A stretch of 32,936 nt of DNA from an archaeon (lineage in GTDB: Archaea; Nanobdellota; Nanobdellia; Woesearchaeales; GW2011-AR9). The stretch covers positions 1 through 32,936 of the forward strand of contig JAGVMW010000025.1 in NCBI GenBank assembly GCA_020053615.1. The letters are read 5' to 3'. The notes beneath the pieces were generated by a model, which saw nothing but the letters and a program-made list of their open reading frames with translations, was not told the DNA's origin and ran no database searches. Made by a program: the position numbers and the translations under genes. Below are positions 17,024 to 24,726 of this stretch, in pieces (the first letter of the stretch is position 1; each line of letters begins with the position of its first letter).

Positions 17024-18897
17024 TTTGATTCACCTCGTTTGCCGCCTAAAGCCAGATACATTCGTGCTAAGAAAGGCGGTTTATTAGCAGCGGGGTTATA
17101 ATCATATCCATGTTTAGAAATGATCCTAATTTCTTCCTGGACAAGAGCGGATACATCCATTGGATTATCACTACTTACAACAGCTAAAGGGTCAAACCCA
17201 AAATAATTCTTACGTTTACGCGATGAAGCAAGACTCACTTTATTTGCATGAGCATGACATAACTTTGTTATTATCTCAAGTAGAAGTACTTTTGAATTCT
17301 GAGAAACTGGCGCAGGAGATTCAATCATCTCTTTAACTTTAGAATTAAACGAGAGCGATGAACCACTACGACTAAGGCGCTTATACTGACTGAATAACAT
17401 TGCTGCAAGATCTCCCTGATAATAAAAAGGATGACCTTCTTCAGTAGGTTCTTTCAAATCATTTTTAATACACTCAAGACTCTTTTCAAAAAGAACAAAT
17501 GCTGGCTCCCACTTTTTCTCATAGAAACAACATCTACCCAGTCCACGCAAAGCACTTGAATTATGGGCGTCTTTCTTCAAAACTGAAGCATAATACTCAA
17601 TTGCTTTTCTTAATTTAATGGCATCAATACATTCTGGGTTGATACTCTCTCGAAGATTAATCCCTCCCAAGAATAACCTCGCCTCAGTATTATCTGATTG
17701 TAATCCCAATACTGCTTTGTAATACTTTTCTTTGGCTATAAGCGTATTCGCTTCAGAACCGCTTCTCGCCAGGAATAAATTAGCTTCCACTTTAAACTCA
17801 GCTGGGCATTCCTTCTGTACCAACACTTTTTTATATTTGGTTTCAGCATCAGCAAGTTTATTTGCTTTAGCATCTAAACGGGCCAGCATAAGATTTGCTT
17901 CGGCATCTTCGGGGAAATCTTCAAAAATGTAGTTGTACCATTGAGCATAATCTCCTTTAATTTGGACGCAGACACGTGCTATTTTTCTGAGGGCTTCGCT
18001 TCTACGCCCACGTAATATTTTCTCCAATGCACTGTGCTCATTACTATTACTGCTTTTCAGGTTCTTTAGCTTAATCTCGGTTAGAACTGCAGAATAGAAA
18101 CGTTCAATAACACCGTCTTCCTTACATAAACCCTCAAGCATAGTATATGCTTCAATGGTCTCATCAAATATCTCAAAAACGTCCTTCACATAACCCACTC
18201 GCGGCTTTACCCTAAGCTCATACACGCTTTTAACCAAAGGTGGCAATAAATAGGACTTAATCCCATTATTTCCAGTAAGTATAGGATTAGCTAAGCACTT
18301 TTGCGCATACTTTAAAGTGTTATCCCAATCACTGTTTTTAAAATACAACAAAGTTAGCCATACTAGTGTATTAGGTTCATCAGTAATCTGTTCTAAACAT
18401 TTGATCTTAGTTTCAGGCTTTTCTGCTGCACCATGCTCAATGTAGAAAATGTTTTCTTTATTGAGCGCTTCACGTGCGAGATAGGAGTATTTTTGCTCTT
18501 TAGTAAGTAAGTTAAGAATCCAGCTGCTTTGAGTCAGGAAGCTAATGTCAACTGATACAGTTTTAGTGCCACCATAAGTAGATGGCTCTCTGATAGGCAT
18601 AGCGATCTTAACATGAGATTGGTCTAGCTCAAATCCCCTCCCTTTCTTATCAAAAAACGGATTTAACTTATTGCTGACTTTTTTGTACAACTCTTTTGTA
18701 TCAGGTATCGATTCAACTGCTGCTTCTAACAGAGAAATTCCTAAGTGAAAGAGGAATTCATTGTCATCCACTTGTTTAAGATTCCCTTGATCATCTTCTT
18801 CAACCAAATAATCTAAGCAGTGGTTTATTCTATCAGTTATAGTAGCATCTTTTGAGTTGATAAATCGTACAATTCTGTCTCTAGTGGATTCCGTCAT
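17020..18897 (-). CDS. TPR / alpha-solenoid repeat protein
   Basis: The C-terminal half has several TPR-like units (AEANLMLARLDAKANKLADAETKYKKVL; AKEKYYKAVLGLQSDNTEARLFLG; AIEYYASVLKKDAHNSSALRGLGRCCFYEKKWEPAFVLFEKSLE). SD GGTGA is upstream. Confidence 0.8.
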   Translation of the reverse strand: MTESTRDRIVRFINSKDATITDRINHCLDYLVEEDDQGNLKQVDDNEFLFHLGISLLEAAVESIPDTKELYKKVSNKLNPFFDKKGRGFELDQSHVKIAMPIREPSTYGGTKTVSVDISFLTQSSWILNLLTKEQKYSYLAREALNKENIFYIEHGAAEKPETKIKCLEQITDEPNTLVWLTLLYFKNSDWDNTLKYAQKCLANPILTGNNGIKSYLLPPLVKSVYELRVKPRVGYVKDVFEIFDETIEAYTMLEGLCKEDGVIERFYSAVLTEIKLKNLKSSNSNEHSALEKILRGRRSEALRKIARVCVQIKGDYAQWYNYIFEDFPEDAEANLMLARLDAKANKLADAETKYKKVLVQKECPAEFKVEANLFLARSGSEANTLIAKEKYYKAVLGLQSDNTEARLFLGGINLRESINPECIDAIKLRKAIEYYASVLKKDAHNSSALRGLGRCCFYEKKWEPAFVLFEKSLECIKNDLKEPTEEGHPFYYQGDLAAMLFSQYKRLSRSGSSLSFNSKVKEMIESPAPVSQNSKVLLLEIITKLCHAHANKVSLASSRKRKNYFGFDPLAVVSSDNPMDVSALVQEEIRIISKHGYDYNPAANKPPFLARMYLALGGKRGESK

Positions 18898-18917
18898 TAC
18901 TATTCATCACCAATTCT

Positions 18918-20606
18918 CTAGGAAGGTAGCAATTTTACTACTTTGTCCCATAAGCTAGTTGTAGTGATAATCTCATTACAACGCGTACGTACTTCAGCAT
19001 TAGACCATTTTAGCTGATGAGTCTTAATGAAATAATCAACAATCTCTTGGAATCTCCCCACATATACCTCTGATGGGCAATTCTTAGAAGCCATTGCTAA
19101 TGTTTTTAATTCTTCGTCACAGTTATATTGAATCAAAATTGATTCAATATTTTTTTTTCTGGTATCATTAGTAGTTATTTCTGTTTGGACATTATTTAAC
19201 TGTGTGGAATGTAGTTTAAAACTATCACGCGCACTTTGATAAGCGTTGAAAAGATCATCATCATCTAGATTATCTCCAGAGGTGCTAGCTGCTATTTTAG
19301 CTTTAGATTTTGCCATATTCAATCCAGTACTTATGTGTTCTTTTTGCTTCCGCAGTTTGCTTAGTTCTTTGACAAGCTTATCTTTTTCTGTTGAAGGCCC
19401 AATACTTTCTTTATTTTTCTGTTGAGCTTTATAATACACCTCAATCGTCGAAACAAGCACAAATTCTTTAAGACTGTCCTGCATCGCTTTCTCCTCATCA
19501 GCATGCATTACTCTACTACCATTCTGGTACATCTTTTCGTAGGAATGCTCAGCATCTTTATACATAGAATTAAAATCGGCGCTGGTAGAAAGGGGCATTT
19601 TAGGGGCAAATTCATTTCTAAATGCATCTACTGTTCTTAAAATTAAAAGTGAATTGTCCTGATTAACAACTAATCTTTGTTTTAATAAAGCTTTATTTGT
19701 ATTAAATTTGTTATCAATGCCCGCAAGTATATCAGAGATTGATGCAACTAATTCGCCATTATCATCATATGATTTAACGACTTCAGTAAAATAACTTGGA
19801 CTTCTAGTCTTCCCTCCCAAAAACCACCACAAGTAGCCTACCAATGCATTAATATCTTGTTTTTGAAAGTCAGTTCCTCCGCTTAAAAGATGTAGGTAAA
19901 GTATTTTATCCCGAGAACTTAATTCATTAAGATCACGAAAATTTGATAAAGACATAGATCCAACTTTCCCGCTGGGACTGGAGTCACATAATCTTATCGA
20001 GCCATAAATAAGCTTCTCTTCCAAGAGAGATACATTAATTTCATTTCCATTCTTAACCTCAGATAAGTCAAACCCGCACAAGATGTTAGTAGAAACTAAA
20101 TCGCCATGCCATCCCTGCTTTTTTTGTTTATGAAGTGCACCAATCCCTTCTAACAGGGTATACAACACTTTATATTCAAACGCTTTGATGGCATTTTGGC
20201 GTCCTTGTAATGGACCGATATATTCTCCGGACTCATTTTTATATTTTTGCAGAAATTCAACTACTGTCCTCAGATTGCTTCCACCATATTCCATGATGGA
20301 AACTGGATTTTCATGTGCTGCATTCTTCCCATTTTCTTCAGCCGATGCTATTATTATCTCCGCATTGCCATAATTAACTATCTGAACAAAATGCAACGGC
20401 CTGTTGCGATAAATCTGTTCAGCATCGCTTAAGAAGTCAATTTTAGCATCAGTAATACATTCTTTGGCGGCATAAATGGTACCATCCCCCGCCTTATCTT
20501 TAACTCCATAAGCAATTCCGGTAGTTCCTTTTCCAATTTCCTGCACGATTTCATATTCTTTAACTTTATCATCTAATAAACTCGTTAATTTTATTATATC
20601 GGTCAT
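18918..20606 (-). CDS. Protein-kinase-like protein with an atypical activation-loop motif, plus a C-terminal helical domain
   Basis: G-loop IGKGTTGIAYGV, beta3 Lys context IYAAKE, hinge MEYGG, and catalytic loop WHGDLVSTNIL. IRLCDSS stands where DFG is expected. I prefer the start at 20606 (TAA-A-ATG after the upstream stop); the track start is 20624. Confidence 0.7.
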   Translation of the reverse strand: MTDIIKLTSLLDDKVKEYEIVQEIGKGTTGIAYGVKDKAGDGTIYAAKECITDAKIDFLSDAEQIYRNRPLHFVQIVNYGNAEIIIASAEENGKNAAHENPVSIMEYGGSNLRTVVEFLQKYKNESGEYIGPLQGRQNAIKAFEYKVLYTLLEGIGALHKQKKQGWHGDLVSTNILCGFDLSEVKNGNEINVSLLEEKLIYGSIRLCDSSPSGKVGSMSLSNFRDLNELSSRDKILYLHLLSGGTDFQKQDINALVGYLWWFLGGKTRSPSYFTEVVKSYDDNGELVASISDILAGIDNKFNTNKALLKQRLVVNQDNSLLILRTVDAFRNEFAPKMPLSTSADFNSMYKDAEHSYEKMYQNGSRVMHADEEKAMQDSLKEFVLVSTIEVYYKAQQKNKESIGPSTEKDKLVKELSKLRKQKEHISTGLNMAKSKAKIAASTSGDNLDDDDLFNAYQSARDSFKLHSTQLNNVQTEITTNDTRKKNIESILIQYNCDEELKTLAMASKNCPSEVYVGRFQEIVDYFIKTHQLKWSNAEVRTRCNEIITTTSLWDKVVKLLPS

Positions 20607-20607
20607 T

Positions 20608-21723
20608 TTAATTTCCTCCCACATATATTTGTCTAAATTTTAAATTAGATTTATTACTATCTTCCAAAAGATTAACTATCTGGTTATCAATTATCAACCC
20701 AGATTTAGTCAGCAAAACAATATTCTTTTTGTGAGTACTGTTATTATACCAGAAATCAACTAAACCTTTATCAGAATAAGCTTTCTTCTGTTCTTTATCT
20801 TTAAACATAACTGATCCTATCCCGCCGTGTTCCAATTCTCCCATAAAAAACACTCCTTCCCTTCCCTCAAACTTTCCCCGGCACATTTTAGTTATACTTC
20901 TAAACTCTTTACCAGCATAAAATTCTTCTCTATTCCGATAAATCATCCCATTATCTATACCTGAAAAAACATTTCCATCATTATCTACTTCAATCACTTT
21001 AATATTTCCAGGAGCAGGTATCTCCACCTCTGAATCTACCTCTCCATTTAAAGTTAATACTTTTACTTTTCTATCTTGACCAAGATAAAGTTTATTTTTA
21101 TGCACTTTTAACGGAGCATGCTGCTGCTTATTTTGGTTTTCATACAAAGTATACTTTCTGAGGTCAGTAGAATCAATAGTTAAACTATCTTTCTCCACCA
21201 GCTCTTCTAGTGGAACTTTAACTACACCAATATCGGGATGAGAACCAACAATTGATACATCATAAACATCATCTCCACGCAGTACACCAACTCCATCAAA
21301 TCCTCGATTTGAATTCAGATTAACATTTACATATTTCCTCTCACGTCCATTCTCATCATCAGCCAGGTTAGTAATATCAATTCCGAAATCTGCACTCCTA
21401 TACCTGCTTTTCCCATAACCAGCAGCAGCATATTTCACTCCATCTACCACAAACGAAGTCATGCAGGAATAGTTTCTCCCGCTGAAAAGAGGCTCTTCTC
21501 TAAGTTTCCAGCTACTGTCTTTAACATCTTGATATACATGATAGATAGATTTGTCGGAAGAGATGAAGAGATCGTTCCATAAGTCTAAATCCACTCTAAC
21601 TTTCTTTTCTGACTTCACTGGGAAAGCCATCCCAGAATTAAACTTAGACAACTCATTGATTAAAGTAATGACTGACGTTTTTGCTTTCATAATTTCTTCT
21701 TGCATAAATTCAGAGACATTCAT
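20608..21723 (-). CDS. Hypothetical beta-rich repeat protein (possible beta-propeller)
   Basis: The ATG overlaps the upstream TGA (ATGA). It has repeated strand-turn motifs (VFSGIDNGMIYRN, VFFMGELEHGGIGSVMF, IVLLTKSGLIIDN). I recognise no family. Confidence 0.65.
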   Translation of the reverse strand: MNVSEFMQEEIMKAKTSVITLINELSKFNSGMAFPVKSEKKVRVDLDLWNDLFISSDKSIYHVYQDVKDSSWKLREEPLFSGRNYSCMTSFVVDGVKYAAAGYGKSRYRSADFGIDITNLADDENGRERKYVNVNLNSNRGFDGVGVLRGDDVYDVSIVGSHPDIGVVKVPLEELVEKDSLTIDSTDLRKYTLYENQNKQQHAPLKVHKNKLYLGQDRKVKVLTLNGEVDSEVEIPAPGNIKVIEVDNDGNVFSGIDNGMIYRNREEFYAGKEFRSITKMCRGKFEGREGVFFMGELEHGGIGSVMFKDKEQKKAYSDKGLVDFWYNNSTHKKNIVLLTKSGLIIDNQIVNLLEDSNKSNLKFRQIYVGGN

Positions 21724-22982
21724 ATCCGCACCACCAGAGGGAAAACATTGCCGTTTCTGAAACGATGCGGTCCAATCATAAATAATCCCTGCTTTTCATT
21801 TATCTGCTGAAAATATCCGTTGTACAACGGTCGATTATTAATAGAAGGATACACTGAATAAGCTTTATCAATACTTTTACAGGAATTTACAACTGCAGAT
21901 AAAAGTGAACGGCTTACCTCAGTATTAATGTCACCAATGCCTTTAACATAATTTATGACATTACGGTTGACTTCTCCGATGAGAAAATGATATACAGTTG
22001 CGAAGTCCAACTTAGAGAACAATTTCACAAAACTGGCTTCATCTACTTTCATTTCTGGATATATTATCGGAACATTAAGATCATTGTCATGAAAACCAGT
22101 CATTGATACTGCAAGTTGAATTTTATCCAAACCTTCTTTTGACTTAATATCGTTATACTTCTGATTTAGCACAGTTTCAATACGATCTAAATCACAAGAA
22201 GCCACTGCAACTAATTTTGGAATTATTTCTGGACATACTGCTGCCAACAAAGTGGAAGACACACACGGTTCATTAACTAGATTTAAGTATACTGGTAAAG
22301 GTTTGCCTTGTTCCACAATCTTTTTAATTTGTTCCCCCCGTTTGAGAAGCATAGGAACAGCAAAAGGAAGAAGTTTCAGGCACCTGAGCCCCAGATGATA
22401 ATTAATATCTATCCCAGCAACGATTCTCAATGTTTCTAAAGATTGGTTCCAGTCTCTATTATAATCTTCTGGACTAAAAATAACTCTCCCTTCAGATGCA
22501 CCAGAAGAATATGAACGATAATCAACTCCGTAATTTTTTTCTTTCTTTGACCAAAAGTCATTTAATACCCTTGCTGACTCTTTTTTAATTAAATCAAATT
22601 CTTCTTTATTCCACGGGTGCATTCTTCTTCCTTCGTATTTGGGTTGGTGTATTCTAAATAGATTATCTGCTAACTTATCTAAAGTGGGAGGAATTGAAGG
22701 CATAGAAGCATCAACCACCACTTCGGAAGCCATAAATGTTTCAAAGTCAGGTTCCACAGACACATCCACATTTAAAGACTTAAATTTTTGATAAATTTTT
22801 GGAAAGTATTTACTTTTCCTAAACGTTTCTTCGTTTTTATACCCGTAATTATAAAAGCAAACCTCATCAACACAACTCAAAAAAGCCTCACTTTCAGGAG
22901 GAAGATGACTATCTGCAAGATAATCGCAGAATTTGTCGATTAAACGACCTTTCCCAAATATCCCTAAAGTTTTTCTACCCAT
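21720..22982 (-). CDS. Hypothetical protein with an N-terminal Rossmann-like glycine motif (faint LDH/MDH or GH4-like resemblance)
   Basis: It is the first gene of the - operon. Motifs are LGIFGKGRLI near the N-terminus, then VYLNLVNEPCVSSTLLAAV and GFHDNDLNVPI. The assignment is weak. SD-like GGTGG and TTTAAATATAA (23013-23024, - strand) lie upstream. Confidence 0.6.
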   Translation of the reverse strand: MGRKTLGIFGKGRLIDKFCDYLADSHLPPESEAFLSCVDEVCFYNYGYKNEETFRKSKYFPKIYQKFKSLNVDVSVEPDFETFMASEVVVDASMPSIPPTLDKLADNLFRIHQPKYEGRRMHPWNKEEFDLIKKESARVLNDFWSKKEKNYGVDYRSYSSGASEGRVIFSPEDYNRDWNQSLETLRIVAGIDINYHLGLRCLKLLPFAVPMLLKRGEQIKKIVEQGKPLPVYLNLVNEPCVSSTLLAAVCPEIIPKLVAVASCDLDRIETVLNQKYNDIKSKEGLDKIQLAVSMTGFHDNDLNVPIIYPEMKVDEASFVKLFSKLDFATVYHFLIGEVNRNVINYVKGIGDINTEVSRSLLSAVVNSCKSIDKAYSVYPSINNRPLYNGYFQQINEKQGLFMIGPHRFRNGNVFPLVVRI

Positions 22983-23175
22983 ACCCCACCAATATTAATC
23001 GTTAACAAACACTTATATTTAAAGCTTGTTATCTAATTAAAGTAATTAAACACATTGGCTATCTAAAAGTGAACAACAATATTATCGCCTCGCTTTATGC
23101 AATGAACACTTTCCTACAAAAAGCAATGTAGTAACTGAAGATACAACATTAATTAAAGAAGATTAAACTAATTGT

Positions 23176-23196
23176 ATACACAAAAGATACACAAAA
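23176..23196 (+). promoter_or_regulatory. Tandem direct repeat ATACACAAAA x2 (11-bp register) abutting a TATA-like AAAATATAAA upstream of the TrmB-family gene
   Basis: 23176-23185 and 23187-23196 are identical. They sit in the 243-bp divergent intergenic region between the - operon and the regulator gene. Confidence 0.3.
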
Positions 23197-23225
23197 AATA
23201 TAAACTACTAAAGAAAAGAGGTATC

Positions 23226-23969
23226 ATGAACGTAATGAAAGAAGAAATTCTTACTGGATTGGGAATGGCTCTCAATGAGGCACGCGTCTATCTTTCCCTT
23301 ACTGAAACTGGATTAGCCACCGCAACTAAGATTGCGGATCACAGTGGAATTCATCGGGTAAATGTTTATGATGCTGTAAACAAGTTAAAAGAGAAAGGAC
23401 TGGTAGGAGAAGTAACTCATGAAGGAAAAAAATGCTATGTAGCTGCGCCACCCACAGCATTACAGAACATCCTTAAAGAAAAAGAGATTCAACTTAATAA
23501 AATCATTCATGAATTAAACCTGTGCACACAATTAAGCCAAAAACAGGATGTACAAATATATGAAGGATATGATTTTATTAGAAATATGTTTCTTCATTTT
23601 TTAGAATTAAAAGGCAATATTTATGCCTTCAGTGTACCTAAATTTGTGATAGACAAAGTGGGAAAATATTTTCAAGAAGTGATTCACAAACGCAGAGCGG
23701 AACAAAAGCAGATGATGTATCACATTTATAGTAAAGAAGCAATTGATAGAATTAAATATCTTAATACACTCCCTTATACTGAAGCAAAATATCTAGAACA
23801 AGAAGATTATAATGTAACTAACATCATCTGCAATGACGAAGTAGCTTTATGCGTCTTTTACAACAACGAAGAAAAAAAACCGATGATTATAATGATTAAA
23901 AACAAACAAGTTGCCGACGCTTATATCAATCATTTCCAAGTGTTATGGGAAAAAGCCAAGAAACCGTAA
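23226..23969 (+). CDS. TrmB-family transcriptional regulator
   Basis: The N-terminal wHTH LTGLGMALNEARVYLSLTETGLATATKIADHSGIHRVNVYDAVNKLKEKGLV is typical of TrmB. The ATG at 23226 is preceded by AAGAGGT. The track ORF begins at 23172. Confidence 0.8.
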   Translation: MNVMKEEILTGLGMALNEARVYLSLTETGLATATKIADHSGIHRVNVYDAVNKLKEKGLVGEVTHEGKKCYVAAPPTALQNILKEKEIQLNKIIHELNLCTQLSQKQDVQIYEGYDFIRNMFLHFLELKGNIYAFSVPKFVIDKVGKYFQEVIHKRRAEQKQMMYHIYSKEAIDRIKYLNTLPYTEAKYLEQEDYNVTNIICNDEVALCVFYNNEEKKPMIIMIKNKQVADAYINHFQVLWEKAKKP

Positions 23970-23988
23970 ACCAGTAGAAAAAACATCC

Positions 23989-24525
23989 TTACCCTTCCCC
24001 CAAATACCCTTTATATGCATACTTCTTGCTCTGCATATCAAAGTACGTCTTGATGATAGCCTGCAAATCCCAGCTACGATAATATGCCTGGTCTAAGTAA
24101 CTGGATAAATCGCGATCCATCCATTGGTTGTATAATTCTCCTAACTTCTTTCCGATTTTCCCGCTTTTCTGGAACTTCTTCTGCCAATCATAAAATACGG
24201 TAGTTTCCAACCAAATGTATATCCTAGCGTTAGAAAGACTCTTTTTCCTTCCGTCTACTTCGACTTCTACTTCTAATAAATCCCAAACGTGAACCGTAAT
24301 CAAAATTTCATAACGAACATATTCATTTATGTTCTTATTCAACACCCATTTATGTTCAGTTTCAGCACCTTTAGGAGAAGGGACTTTATGCTTATATTCC
24401 CATTCATGCCACATAAATCCATAATTCTTAGCCCAATCGATTATAGATACAAATAGCCCATCAAAATCAAACAGTCCAGTGTACTGTGAAGTAATACGCG
24501 GTAACGACTCTTCATTCCCAACCAT
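23989..24525 (-). CDS. Hypothetical protein
   Basis: A 178-aa ORF, Trp/Tyr-rich, with no recognised motifs. It is convergent with the TrmB-family gene. Confidence 0.55.
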   Translation of the reverse strand: MVGNEESLPRITSQYTGLFDFDGLFVSIIDWAKNYGFMWHEWEYKHKVPSPKGAETEHKWVLNKNINEYVRYEILITVHVWDLLEVEVEVDGRKKSLSNARIYIWLETTVFYDWQKKFQKSGKIGKKLGELYNQWMDRDLSSYLDQAYYRSWDLQAIIKTYFDMQSKKYAYKGYLGEG

Positions 24526-24590
24526 AAGCTTAAGTAAAACAAAAGAGGTTATAAATCTTACTGATGAGTACCTAGTTTAAAAGACGATAT

Positions 24591-24641
24591 ATCAAATCGC
24601 GTTAATAATCGGAAATGTTTACTAAAATAAAGCGATTTGAT
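24591..24641. promoter_or_regulatory. 10-bp perfect inverted repeat ATCAAATCGC ... GCGATTTGAT (31-nt spacer) in the divergent intergenic region upstream of elp3
   Basis: 24591-24600 and 24632-24641 are exact reverse complements. A TATA-like TTTATATT lies at 24696-24703, about 27 nt before the elp3 ATG. Confidence 0.3.
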
Positions 24642-24726
24642 TATTAGGAAATAATTTCACTTATTTATCTAAATTTTAAAAATATTTCCTATAAGTTTAT
24701 ATTCCAAGATTAAGTATTGTCCAGAC

